In this document: one piece after another, positions 39,340 through 49,321 of the stretch
How positions within the stretch are numbered: the first letter of the stretch is position 1
How the letters are laid out: each line of letters opens with the position of its first letter
Source of the DNA: an uncultured candidate division Zixibacteria bacterium
GTDB taxonomy: Bacteria > Zixibacteria > MSB-5A5 > GN15 > FEB-12
Direction: 5' to 3'
NCBI GenBank assembly: GCA_963806185.1
Contig: CAWDXE010000004.1
Coordinates: forward strand, 352,001-416,000
Length of the DNA stretch: 64,000 nt
Notes under the pieces: model-generated
Seen by the model: only the letters and a program-made list of their open reading frames with translations
Told to the model about the DNA's origin: nothing
The model's database searches: none
Translations under genes and position numbers: made by a program

Positions 39340-41289
39340 TTACATTTCCTTTTTCGGTTCCAGTCCCTTCAAGTGGGTGTCCAGGAAAGCGACCTGACGG
39401 CGGTACTCGGTTATGACATTGGGTCGCTTCGAAGCGCCGTGTCCCTCGTCAACGAAAAAGAGCGAATCGACCACACCGTGGTTGGCGTTTATGGCCGCAG
39501 CCATCTGGCGAGCCTCGTCGATTGGCACTCTCGGGTCGTTGGCTCCGTGGATGAGCAGCAGCGGCGTCTTTATCTGGTCGGCCTTGTGAATGGGGGAGAT
39601 CGACCTCAGGAAGAGGCTGTCGGCGAGTGGACCATATTCCGCTTCACGCAGCTTCCGGCGATAGGCCGCGGTGTTCTTCAGGAAAGTCTCGTAATTGGCA
39701 ATGCCGACACTGCTAATCGCCGCCGAGAACATGTCCGGGTAATCGGTGATCATCCCTAAAACGACATATCCGCCGTACGAACCTCCGCGAATAGCGATCT
39801 TTCCGGGTGCCGTGTAACCGTTTTGAATGAGCCATTCCACGGCGGCGCGGTAGTCTTTGAGTGAATTCTTGCGATTCTTATAGTTGTCGAGCGCCAGGAA
39901 TGACCGGCCATACCCTGACGATCCGCGCGGATTCGGCGCGAGAATGCCATAGCCGTTCAGCATGAAATACTGCAAATTTCGTTGGAATGAAGGCTGGAAT
40001 TGGCTCTCAGGGCCGCCGTGGGCGTCGACGATGAAAGGAATCGGCTCACCCGGTTTATAGTTTGGGGGCAAATAGAGAAAGGCGGAAATTTCAAGCGAAT
40101 CAAAGCTTCTAAAACGAATCAGTTGCGGCTCGGTGAATAGAGTGCGATCGATGCCGGCGTAACTTGAAAAAGTGAGTTGTGTCAGCTCCTTGGTAGCGGG
40201 AACCCAACGCCAGACATCGCTGGTCCTGGTTGGGCTGTTGAATGAGAGGTAGACCCGACCCTCGGAATCAAAGGCACCGCCGCCGATCATGCCGTCGAGC
40301 TTGGGCAATGGAAGTTCGACTTTGCTTTCGACTTCGCGCAGCTTCAGGCGGTTGTACCCGTCCTCATTGACGAGTGCCGCGATGTACTTGTAGTCTCGAG
40401 AAATCGCTATGCTCTCAAGATCCCACTTCGGGTCAAGCCAGCCGTCGTTGATGAATTCAACGGCGGTCGACCCAAGCCGAAGCCGGGCCAACTGCAGCCG
40501 CCCGTCCGGATTATCATTGCAGACCATCATGATGGTCTTGTTGTCCGGCATCAGGACCGGAGAGTCGTAGATCACATCAGCGGTGTCTTTCGTAATCTGC
40601 TCGCACTTTCGTGTCTTGGCATCGACCAGGAATAGGTCCTGGTCGACATTGGCATTGGCCCGCGTGAGAATGAAACGAGCTCCGTCCTGTGACAGATTCA
40701 CCACGTAAAGTGAGCCGTGCACGCCGGTGGTGTCGCCAAGTATCTTGGTAGACTGACCGGTGGCGACATCCATGCTGTAGATCTTGAAATTGGTGAGGTC
40801 CTCTTCGTTGGAACTGTAATAAAATGATCGGTCGTCCTTGGCCCAGTTGATGGAGATATAGCGGGCTTTCGGATTGTTGGTCAGTTGGTAAGTACGCCCC
40901 GTCTCGTTATTCATCAGAAAGAGCTGAGAATTCTCTGATCCGCCGATCGATGCCCCGACGACCGATAGGTCCGCGCCCCAGTTCGGAACAAAGAAATCTA
41001 TGCCGTCCTCAAACGTCGTCAGTTGATACGGCCAGCCACCCTCTATCAGCCGGTAGACTTGAGGTGCGCCTGACAGTGAGGAAGTGAAATAGACCGCCTT
41101 GCCGTCCCACGAAACTGCCGTGAAGCTGGCCGCACCGATCTGCATGAAGGTGGTAATATCGGGGAGAGTAGCCTTGGTGTCCAAAACGGTGGTCGGCGTG
41201 ATCGGCTTGTCCTGTGCGACGGTTGAGCCGAGTGCAATAAAAATGGTCAGAAAACAGCAAGTTATCGTACGTCTGGTGACGCTGTACAT
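39340..41289 (-). CDS. Exported S9 family peptidase
   Basis: Signal peptide, AHGGPESQ, PNPRGSSGYG, GGSYGG, NDPRVP and DEGHG. Confidence 0.92.
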   Translation of the reverse strand: MYSVTRRTITCCFLTIFIALGSTVAQDKPITPTTVLDTKATLPDITTFMQIGAASFTAVSWDGKAVYFTSSLSGAPQVYRLIEGGWPYQLTTFEDGIDFFVPNWGADLSVVGASIGGSENSQLFLMNNETGRTYQLTNNPKARYISINWAKDDRSFYYSSNEEDLTNFKIYSMDVATGQSTKILGDTTGVHGSLYVVNLSQDGARFILTRANANVDQDLFLVDAKTRKCEQITKDTADVIYDSPVLMPDNKTIMMVCNDNPDGRLQLARLRLGSTAVEFINDGWLDPKWDLESIAISRDYKYIAALVNEDGYNRLKLREVESKVELPLPKLDGMIGGGAFDSEGRVYLSFNSPTRTSDVWRWVPATKELTQLTFSSYAGIDRTLFTEPQLIRFRSFDSLEISAFLYLPPNYKPGEPIPFIVDAHGGPESQFQPSFQRNLQYFMLNGYGILAPNPRGSSGYGRSFLALDNYKNRKNSLKDYRAAVEWLIQNGYTAPGKIAIRGGSYGGYVVLGMITDYPDMFSAAISSVGIANYETFLKNTAAYRRKLREAEYGPLADSLFLRSISPIHKADQIKTPLLLIHGANDPRVPIDEARQMAAAINANHGVVDSLFFVDEGHGASKRPNVITEYRRQVAFLDTHLKGLEPKKEM

Positions 41290-41473
41290 CCCGAGCTCCT
41301 TGTTCTGAGAATTTCTTTTCTGAGTGGATGATAAATGCAAATGGCCACCGGGACAACCGGAAAGATTGGCCGGCGGGAGCAGGGCAGGTCATGGAAAATA
41401 AACCGAGTGGCCGTCTCCGAAAATGCTGCTATTTTGGATTACGGGCGTGTAACCGCAAAGAAAGGATGGAAAT

Positions 41474-41749
41474 ATGGCCGGGCAGAACTCACACCGGGCT
41501 CATGACGAGCGCACTTTTGAAGAGGAAATCAAGGTTTCCGGCGAACAACTCGTCGAGACAGTCAAGAAACTCGTTCACGAAGCCAACATTCGGCGCATTA
41601 CCATCAAGAATGAGACGGGGGAGACAATCATGGAAATTCCGCTCAGCGTTGCGTCGGTGGGTGCCCTTCTGGTACCAGTGATCGCCGCCCTCGGCGCCGT
41701 GGCTGCTCTGGTGACCAATTGCACTATCGTGGTTGAAAAAAGGAAGTAA
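41474..41749 (+). CDS. DUF4342 domain protein
   Basis: EEIKVSGEQLVETVKKLVHEANIRRITIK...EIPL...AALGAVAALVTNCTIVVE. Confidence 0.85.
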   Translation: MAGQNSHRAHDERTFEEEIKVSGEQLVETVKKLVHEANIRRITIKNETGETIMEIPLSVASVGALLVPVIAALGAVAALVTNCTIVVEKRK

Positions 41750-41755
41750 TCCGGA

Positions 41756-42253
41756 TTAGTGAGCGCCGGCGACGGACGCACGGGACTGCTCATCCAGAAT
41801 CGATTTGATCCAGTAGATAGCCTTGGGAATGGCCTTCTGCACTACCGTACTCAGGGGGGCTCCAAAGCTGTAGTTCTCACCTTCAATCCCGAGGATCAGG
41901 CAGGTCTGCGGCAGTTTGCCCATGACGCGAGCCAGCTCCACTGCTTCCGCCACCCCGATTTGATGGGTGGAGGCGCCGAACAATTCCACGGGAGCCGCTT
42001 TCTCAGAGACGTCAAAGCACCGTACGACGCCCGGTTCTCCACCAGAGTACATGGCGTCGATGATAACGACAATACGTGCGTCCTCCAGCAATTCCAGGAG
42101 TCGAGTCCCATCATTGTCGACACAATGGACGTCGGCAAGTCCGGGATATTCTGCCTGAATTGACCTGGCCAACTGAACGCCAACGGCGTCGTCGCCGCGA
42201 TCGCAGTTTCCGACGCCGATTATTCGAACGGGAATCTTGGTGTCACTGGACAT
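41756..42253 (-). CDS. Hydrogenase maturation protease
   Basis: IGVGNCDRGDDAVG, IIDA and STHQIG. Confidence 0.92.
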   Translation of the reverse strand: MSSDTKIPVRIIGVGNCDRGDDAVGVQLARSIQAEYPGLADVHCVDNDGTRLLELLEDARIVVIIDAMYSGGEPGVVRCFDVSEKAAPVELFGASTHQIGVAEAVELARVMGKLPQTCLILGIEGENYSFGAPLSTVVQKAIPKAIYWIKSILDEQSRASVAGAH

Positions 42254-42255
42254 GT

Positions 42256-43548
42256 CTAGTCTCGGTCCAGTTTGACCTTCAGCGCATGAGTAGCGCAGGA
42301 AATGCAGGGGTCATAATTTCGCACAGCCTGCTCGCACAGCCAGGTCAATTTGTCGTCGGGCAAATCGGTGCGACTCGGGACAATCTGCCTGAGATCTTCT
42401 TCGATCGTCCTGAGATTCTGCGAGGTCGGAGGGACAATCTTGGAATTAAGGATGAATCCCTGCGCATCGATGGCGTACCGATGATAGAGCATGCCTCTGG
42501 GGGCTTCGGACGCGCCGCACCCGGTAGCTGCTTTTGGCGTTACCTCGATGGCAGGCGGGTCGGGCTCGACATAGTCATTGATGAGCCGAATCGATTCATC
42601 ACAAGCGAAGACGGTCTCAACGGCGCGGACGAGTATGCTCTTGAACGGATTGTTACATGTCTTGCCCAGTCCGGCCTGTTTGGCGGCGTCTTTGGCGACA
42701 TCCGGCAGGTGATCGAAATTCAGCGCGTATCGGGCGAGCGGTCCGACGTGATAGTTGCCCCTGTTCTTATGCTGTGAATGCAGGGCGTTGGAGTGCTGTA
42801 TGTGTTCCTCGAGGAAATGCGATTCGTATTCGTTCACCGCAATATCCAGACCCTTGGACGAAACGATTCGCCCTTCGGTAATCGGATACTCTTTCGGATG
42901 TCGCAGCGAGACGAATTCATAATCGTACTCGTATTCCGGAAACGTTAATGTTGACAGAAATTTGCATGCCTTGTAGGCTTCGTCGCGCGCCCATTTGAGC
43001 CGTTCGACGCAGGGGAGAAGCTCAGCCTTGCGAGGTGCGCGATAGAAGCCGCCGACGCGGACATTGACCGGGTGGATTTCGCGCCCGCCGACACCAATCA
43101 TGATATCGTTGCCAAGCTTCTTGAGCTTGAGGGCCATGTTGACGATGTCGGGATGATCCTTCGCCAGTTGGATGGCGTCTTCGTATCCCAGGAAGTCGGG
43201 TGCGTGAAGCATGAAAACATGAAGGGCGTGGCTTTCGATCCATTCGCCGCAGTAGAGCAGACGGCGCAGTGCCCGGATCTGGCCGTCGACGGTCACGCCG
43301 CAGGCCTGCTCCATAGCCTGCACCGAACTGGTCTGATAGGCGACAGGGCAGATGCCGCAGATACGAGCAGTTATATCAGGAGCCTCGGTGAACTTGCGGC
43401 CGCGGAGAAATGCCTCAAAAAAACGCGGTGGTTCAAAGATGTCGACGCGAACCTCTACGACTTCCTGGTCCTTGACTTTGACATATATGCCGCCCTCGCC
43501 TTCGACGCGAGCGAGGAAATCGACTTTTACGGTCTTAGCTTTTTTCAT
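42256..43548 (-). CDS. Group 3b [NiFe]-hydrogenase large (alpha) subunit
   Basis: ARVEGEG, L1 RICGICP, EAPRG and L2 [10 protein letters not shown] with a C-terminal extension. Confidence 0.95.
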   Translation of the reverse strand: MKKAKTVKVDFLARVEGEGGIYVKVKDQEVVEVRVDIFEPPRFFEAFLRGRKFTEAPDITARICGICPVAYQTSSVQAMEQACGVTVDGQIRALRRLLYCGEWIESHALHVFMLHAPDFLGYEDAIQLAKDHPDIVNMALKLKKLGNDIMIGVGGREIHPVNVRVGGFYRAPRKAELLPCVERLKWARDEAYKACKFLSTLTFPEYEYDYEFVSLRHPKEYPITEGRIVSSKGLDIAVNEYESHFLEEHIQHSNALHSQHKNRGNYHVGPLARYALNFDHLPDVAKDAAKQAGLGKTCNNPFKSILVRAVETVFACDESIRLINDYVEPDPPAIEVTPKAATGCGASEAPRGMLYHRYAIDAQGFILNSKIVPPTSQNLRTIEEDLRQIVPSRTDLPDDKLTWLCEQAVRNYDPCISCATHALKVKLDRD

Positions 43549-44323
43549 GGGCTTCACTCTCTTTGCGGAACGACTCCGCGTAGGCATTGAAGCTGCGATA
43601 GGAGCGGATCAGCGCGTCATCGTCCGCACCCATTTGCTTCCAGCGCTCGCTGAGCGAACGCGGATTCGGCGTTTCTTTCGGGCCAAAGCAGCCATAGCAG
43701 CCACGGTGAAAGCCCGGACACAGGGCTCCGCAGCCGGCGTACGTCACCGGGCCCAGGCAGGGCGTACCATGGGCCACCATGACGCAGACTTGCCCCTTGA
43801 GCTTGCACTCAACACAGACTGAGTGTGTCGGCGTATTTGGTCGGCGGCCATGGAGGAGGGCATTGATGACTTCCAACAGCTGGTATTTGTTGATCGGACA
43901 GCCGCGCAACTCGTAGTCGACAAAAACATGATCACGGATCGGTGTCGATTTGCCCAGCGTCTCGATATATTCCGGGTGTGCATACACCATCGGAATGAAC
44001 GTGTTTACGTCTTTAAAATTACGCAGCGCTTGAATCCCACCCGCCGTGGCACAGGCCCCGATCGTGATCAGTAACGTCGACATGCGGCGCACTTTGTGGA
44101 TTCGCTCTGCGTCGTGGGGCGTGGTGATCGACCCTTCCACCAGAGAGACATCGTACGGTCCCTTTTGAACGGCCCGTGAAGCCTCCGGGAAGTTGGCGAT
44201 TTCGATGACTTCCGCCACCTTCAGCAGCTCGTCTTCGCAGTCAAGCAGGGAAAGCTGGCAGCCATCACAGGAAGCGAATTTCCACACCGCCACTCGAGGT
44301 CTCTTACGAACTCTTGTGCTCAT
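43535..44323 (-). CDS. Group 3b hydrogenase small (delta) subunit
   Basis: [24 protein letters not shown] and CYGCFGP. Confidence 0.93.
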   Translation of the reverse strand: MSTRVRKRPRVAVWKFASCDGCQLSLLDCEDELLKVAEVIEIANFPEASRAVQKGPYDVSLVEGSITTPHDAERIHKVRRMSTLLITIGACATAGGIQALRNFKDVNTFIPMVYAHPEYIETLGKSTPIRDHVFVDYELRGCPINKYQLLEVINALLHGRRPNTPTHSVCVECKLKGQVCVMVAHGTPCLGPVTYAGCGALCPGFHRGCYGCFGPKETPNPRSLSERWKQMGADDDALIRSYRSFNAYAESFRKESEAHEKS

Positions 44324-45183
44324 ATCTCGTACCTGCTCAACAGGTCCTTAATGGCGGCGTAATTGTACACCGGACCGTCTTTGCAGACAAACAACGGCCC
44401 GAATTGACAGTGGCCGCAGTGGCCGACGCCGCACTTCATGTTTCGTTCCATTGACAGATAAATGCCGTTGTCCGGGACGCCGCGTTTCTGAAGTTCCGCT
44501 ACGCTGTACGTCATCATGATCTCCGGGCCGCAAATCATGGCGATGGTGTTTTTCGGGTCGAACGGAGCCTTGGGCACAAGAGTCGTTACAACACCGACAT
44601 TCCCCCGCCAATGAGCAATGGCCCGGTCGACGGTCACGAAGACTTCGATGTCAAAGCGCGAGCGCCACTGAGCCAACTCGGACCGGTAGAGGATATCCTC
44701 CGGGCTGCGCGTGCCGTAGAGCAGGACAACCTTGCCGAATTTCTTGCGGTGGTTTAACACCCGGTACAGGGCGGGACGAAGCGGTGCCAGCCCAATGCCG
44801 CCGGCGAGAAAAACAACGTCGTTGCCTTCGGCTTCCTCAAGCGGCCAGGGAGTCCCATACGGGCCGCGCACGCCGATGATTGCACCCGGCTTGAGAGCGC
44901 GCATGGCCCGGGTAACCGCGCCCACCTCGCGCGTCGTGTGCACGAGCGGGTGGTGACGATCCGGGTCACCACTGATGGAAATCGGGACCTCACCTACGCC
45001 GAATACATACAGCATGTTAAACTGTCCGGGTCGGTAGGGCGGGATTTCGCCGCTGAGCGGCTCCAGCTCCATCGTGAATGTATCCGCCGTGTTCTTGTGC
45101 ACGCGCGCAAGCGTGTACAAGTGAGGCAGCATCGGATTGGCTATCTCCGGGACAGCCTCATATACGCTTAGAGTCTTTGGCAT
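44320..45183 (-). CDS. Group 3b hydrogenase gamma subunit (FAD/NAD(P)-binding, 2Fe-2S)
   Basis: [23 protein letters not shown] and [11 protein letters not shown]...VCKDGPV. Confidence 0.93.
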   Translation of the reverse strand: MPKTLSVYEAVPEIANPMLPHLYTLARVHKNTADTFTMELEPLSGEIPPYRPGQFNMLYVFGVGEVPISISGDPDRHHPLVHTTREVGAVTRAMRALKPGAIIGVRGPYGTPWPLEEAEGNDVVFLAGGIGLAPLRPALYRVLNHRKKFGKVVLLYGTRSPEDILYRSELAQWRSRFDIEVFVTVDRAIAHWRGNVGVVTTLVPKAPFDPKNTIAMICGPEIMMTYSVAELQKRGVPDNGIYLSMERNMKCGVGHCGHCQFGPLFVCKDGPVYNYAAIKDLLSRYEI

Positions 45184-45628
45184 ACATATCCACCAACTGC
45201 AGGCGCGTGGCCCGCAGATGCTTTTGGATCACATCTCCGAGTCGTTTCATAATCTCGTAACCGAGGGCAGGGTCATTGTCACATTTGGTACGCAGACACT
45301 TGCCGTCAATCTGGATGCAACGGAGCAGAGTCACCGCCCGGGCGTCAATCTGCCAGTGATACGGCGGCATCAACCAGCTCCACCCGAGCACTTCACCGTC
45401 GGACAGCGTCTGAATCGTGACACTGCCGCGATTGCCGGCCGGCACATCCAGCGCCAGTGTACCGCTTCGGATGAAGATGAATTTGTCGGCCTCCTGTCCG
45501 GCACGAAAGACAAACTCCCCTTCGTCATACTTCGCGTTGGACGCACAACCAACCAGCGTCTGGACGAAGTCTTCCCGCATCCCCTCGATGAACGGATGTT
45601 CTCTCAGATAAGGCTCAAGTGTTTGCAT
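45158..45628 (-). CDS. Stand-alone cyclic nucleotide-binding domain protein
   Basis: [14 protein letters not shown] and GEVLGWSWL; no HTH domain; overlaps both neighbours. Confidence 0.88.
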   Translation of the reverse strand: MQTLEPYLREHPFIEGMREDFVQTLVGCASNAKYDEGEFVFRAGQEADKFIFIRSGTLALDVPAGNRGSVTIQTLSDGEVLGWSWLMPPYHWQIDARAVTLLRCIQIDGKCLRTKCDNDPALGYEIMKRLGDVIQKHLRATRLQLVDMYAKDSKRI

Positions 45629-46805
45629 CGACTGGCTCCTTTGCCCTGACCGTCGTATTTCGCTGATGTTCTGTCTGGCGAATTGCCCGGACCTCTTCTG
45701 TGATATCTATTCCCACCGGACACCAGGTTATGCACCGGCCGCAGCCGACACACCCCATGGAACCGAACTGATCAACCCAGTTGGCCAATTTGTGCATTAA
45801 CCAGTGACGATACCGTCCGCGCGCGGAAGGGCGAACACTGCCGCCATGAATATAGGAGAAGTCAACTGTGAAGCAGGAATCCCACCGCTTGCTTCGCGAT
45901 CCGATCGACCCCGTGAGATCGGTTGTATCTTCGACCGTGGTGCAGAAACAGGTCGGACAGACCAGCGTACAATTCGCACAGGTAAGACAGCGTTTCTCGA
46001 CGTCCTGCCAGCGCGGATGACCCGCATTACGCTGCAGCATTTCCTTAAGCCCTTCGGTCTCGACCCGCCGTCCCATACTATCTCGTGCGATGGCCGTCAA
46101 CTGTTCAATGTTCTCGGCTTCTTCTTTTGTCGCCTTGCGGGTGGGGAGCTTGGCCGCGATTTCGCCGCCCAGGGTCGAACCAATCTCGACCAGAAAGTAG
46201 TGCGACTCACCCGAATGCACTTCGGTAAGACAGAGGTCATAACTGCCCTTGGCACGCGGACCCGTCTCCATGCTAGTGCAAAAGCAGGTACCACCGGCGC
46301 GCGTGCAATTGACGGCCACGAAGAACGACGCATTGCGGCGGGCGGCATAGGCCGGATCCACATATTCGCTGTGCATCAACACACGGTCCTGAATGGCGAT
46401 CGCCGCGACTTCGCACGGTCGAACGCCGATGAATGCTTGTTTGGGCGCCTGAATGGGCTGCGGTTTCAGGGTGAAGCCGCGTTCGGTCTGATGTGCCTCA
46501 AAGAGTGTGGAGGTCGGTTCGTGAAGAAACCGCTTCCATGATGTGCTGGCGACGGTGCAGCCGAAGACCACCGGATCATCAGTCTTGGTCACCAGGTAAG
46601 TACCCGCTTCCTGATCGTCATGATAGCCGGCAGGCAATTCGTCCGCTGTGGCGAGCGTCGTGTATACCAAGGCCCGGTCCCGGATTGTGGGGCCGATGAC
46701 AGTGTAACCGGCTTTGTGCAAGGCATCAAACAGAGCGGTCAGATCGCTCCGCTTCAGAACTTTTATCGGACTGATATTAGAGTCGGTTTTTTCCATAATT
46801 GCCAT
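45615..46805 (-). CDS. Group 3b hydrogenase beta subunit (4Fe-4S dicluster)
   Basis: [16 protein letters not shown] and [17 protein letters not shown]. Confidence 0.93.
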   Translation of the reverse strand: MAIMEKTDSNISPIKVLKRSDLTALFDALHKAGYTVIGPTIRDRALVYTTLATADELPAGYHDDQEAGTYLVTKTDDPVVFGCTVASTSWKRFLHEPTSTLFEAHQTERGFTLKPQPIQAPKQAFIGVRPCEVAAIAIQDRVLMHSEYVDPAYAARRNASFFVAVNCTRAGGTCFCTSMETGPRAKGSYDLCLTEVHSGESHYFLVEIGSTLGGEIAAKLPTRKATKEEAENIEQLTAIARDSMGRRVETEGLKEMLQRNAGHPRWQDVEKRCLTCANCTLVCPTCFCTTVEDTTDLTGSIGSRSKRWDSCFTVDFSYIHGGSVRPSARGRYRHWLMHKLANWVDQFGSMGCVGCGRCITWCPVGIDITEEVRAIRQTEHQRNTTVRAKEPVDANT

Positions 46806-46894
46806 CCGCAGACTCAGTCGTCCCCCTTTTCAAACCTAACCTACTCCTAATTATCGACAAATATGCAAAGTAGTTTGCACAAGTCAAGCGTGAT

Positions 46895-46912
46895 TTGAGA
46901 TTTTTTTCACAT
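46895..46912. promoter_or_regulatory. CRP/Rex-like box upstream of the hydrogenase operon
   Basis: TTGAGA-TTTTTT-TCACAT, one mismatch to TGTGA-N6-TCACA. Confidence 0.45.
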
Positions 46913-47185
46913 TCTCAAACATGATGACGATGGGATATTTATGAGGTAAGCTATTGCGATATAGTTTACTATAATTGTTCGATTTATTGTATTGATTATG
47001 CACATTTTGGTGATAATTAGCCTATTCCGTTACCGGGTAGAGAGTAACACCGTTCCGAGGACTAGGTGCTGTGGCACTCATGGTCGCGGCAGCTGCATTT
47101 CATATGGCTTGACAGACAATGAAATAACCGGGTATTGTGGCCCTGCCGAGAGCCCTCTCACTGTCACTTACTTGGCGTTGAGTTC

Positions 47186-49318
47186 ATGAAGCAAGTACTA
47201 GTCAAGAACGGCGAAATCGTTGTGGAAAGCGTCCCGCCCCCGGCGGCGGTTCCCGGGCATCTGCTTGTTCGGGTTCACTACTCACTGATAAGTACCGGAA
47301 CGGAAATGAGCGTGGTGGCGACCTCGTCGGCGTCGCTACTGGACCGAATCCGAAAGAAGCCGGAACTCATTCGCAAAGGTCTGGACTCCATAAAGGAAAA
47401 GGGGCTAACCGAGACGCTTCGGATCGCCACTGGCGGCGGATCACTTGGCCAACCCTTGGGCTACAGCGCAGCGGGGAAGATTGTCGAGGTTGGCGATGGT
47501 GTCAGTGAATTCCGGGCTGGCGACTTGGTGGCCTGTGCGGGTGCCGGGATGGCCAATCATGCGGAACTAATCTCCGTACCGCGAAACCTGACTGTCCGGA
47601 TTCCCGAAGGGGTTAGCGTGAAGCAGGCGTCGTCTGTCACCCTGGGAGCGATAGCGATGCAGGGTTTGCGGCAGGCCGAACCTCGGTTGGGTGAAATTGT
47701 CATGGTCAGCGGCCTCGGATTGATTGGACTGCTGACGGTCCAGATGTTGAGGGCCAACGGTTGCCGCGTGATCGGTCTGGACATCGACCCAGAAAGATTG
47801 GCCCTTGCGAGCGAATTAGGGGCCGAGGCGACAATCAACGCCACGGATGACAATCTGGTGGAAAGGGCGCTTTCACTCAGCGATGGGATGGGAGTGGATA
47901 CCAGCATTATCACGGCGGCCACGGAGAGCGACGCACCGCTCAATCTGGCGATGAAGTACACGCGCCGCAAAGGCAAGGTGGTGGTCGTCGGGGCAGTAGG
48001 CCTCAACCTGAACCGATCTCCCTTCTATGAAAAGGAAATCGACCTGCGCATTTCCTGTTCGTATGGCCCCGGGCGTTACGACGCGAGCTATGAACTGCAA
48101 GGACTGGATTATCCCTATGCCTACGTTCGGTGGACGGAAAACCGCAATATGGAGGCCTATCTTCAACTCGTCGCCGCTGGCAAGATTAATGTCAACCGGT
48201 TGGCGCAGAGAGAGTATGAGATCGAGCAAGCGCCTGAAGCATATCGCGTGCTGAGCGAAGCCAGCGAAAAGCCTTTGGCGGTCTTGCTAAGATACGAGCA
48301 GGAAGCACCGCCCCAATTCTCATCCCGGGTCGAAATTGCTCATCCTTCAGCTACTCCGAAGGCGGGAGTGATTTCGGTCGGGCTGATCGGCGCCGGCGCG
48401 TTTGCGGTAAATTCGCTGCTTCCGAATCTGCAGAGCCTGTCAGACAGATTTCGACTCCATGCCGTGGTCAGCCAAAACGGGTTGAAGGCAAAGGAAGCGG
48501 CCGGCCGATTCGGGGCGAAATACGCGACGAGCGATGTCCGTCAACTCCTGGCCGATCCGGAAATCGATACGATCTTCATCGCCACCCGGCACGATTCGCA
48601 CGCCGAACTTGCCGCGAGCGCACTCGACGCGGGGAAAGCGGTCTTTCTTGAAAAACCGATGGCACTTGATGGCGACGGCCTGCAGGCTCTTTCCGCTGCC
48701 ATCGGGCGCTCCGACAGGCCGTTTACGACCGGCTTCAATCGACGCTTTTCGCCGTTATGCGCACAGATACGCGATTTGGTGAGCAAGCGCTCGGGACCCC
48801 TGATTGTCACTTATCAGATGAACGCCGGTTTCATCCCACCTGACCATTGGACCCAGTCGCCAGCGGGTGGAGGACGCAACATTGGAGAGGCGTGTCACAT
48901 CTACGATCTGTTTGGTTCCCTGACTAATTCGACGGTGCGCTCCATATCCGCTGACGGTATTGGCCTGGTATCGGAACGGCATCGGAGAAACGACAATTTC
49001 GTGGCGACGATCGTGTTCGACGATGGCTCGGTATGCACCCTGACTTATACGGCATTGGGCAATCCCACCTTCCCGAAGGAGCAGATGACGGTCTTCTGCG
49101 ACAATCAGGTTTTGACGCTTAATGACTACCGCGAGCTCACTCTGTGGTCGGGAGCGGCGAGAGTCACCAAATTGCCCCATCAGGATAAGGGGCATCTGGC
49201 GTTATTGCGTCAATTTGCCGAGGGGATAAAGAAGGGAGAGAGGTTTGTCATTCCGGTTGCGCAAATCGCGCAAGCTACGGAAATCAGCTTCGAGGTGGAG
49301 CGACTTCTCACCAGGTAA
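47186..49318 (+). CDS. Bi-domain oxidoreductase (Zn-type alcohol dehydrogenase-like plus Gfo/Idh/MocA)
   Basis: SLISTGTE, GLGLIG, SYGPGRYD, VRWTENRN, IGAGAF, EKPMA, GFNRRF and GEACH. Confidence 0.9.
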   Translation: MKQVLVKNGEIVVESVPPPAAVPGHLLVRVHYSLISTGTEMSVVATSSASLLDRIRKKPELIRKGLDSIKEKGLTETLRIATGGGSLGQPLGYSAAGKIVEVGDGVSEFRAGDLVACAGAGMANHAELISVPRNLTVRIPEGVSVKQASSVTLGAIAMQGLRQAEPRLGEIVMVSGLGLIGLLTVQMLRANGCRVIGLDIDPERLALASELGAEATINATDDNLVERALSLSDGMGVDTSIITAATESDAPLNLAMKYTRRKGKVVVVGAVGLNLNRSPFYEKEIDLRISCSYGPGRYDASYELQGLDYPYAYVRWTENRNMEAYLQLVAAGKINVNRLAQREYEIEQAPEAYRVLSEASEKPLAVLLRYEQEAPPQFSSRVEIAHPSATPKAGVISVGLIGAGAFAVNSLLPNLQSLSDRFRLHAVVSQNGLKAKEAAGRFGAKYATSDVRQLLADPEIDTIFIATRHDSHAELAASALDAGKAVFLEKPMALDGDGLQALSAAIGRSDRPFTTGFNRRFSPLCAQIRDLVSKRSGPLIVTYQMNAGFIPPDHWTQSPAGGGRNIGEACHIYDLFGSLTNSTVRSISADGIGLVSERHRRNDNFVATIVFDDGSVCTLTYTALGNPTFPKEQMTVFCDNQVLTLNDYRELTLWSGAARVTKLPHQDKGHLALLRQFAEGIKKGERFVIPVAQIAQATEISFEVERLLTR

Positions 49319-49321
49319 TCG

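Noticed and set aside
42256..42320. [NiFeSe]-hydrogenase
   Set aside because: The L2 motif is DPCISCATH with ordinary Cys codons.
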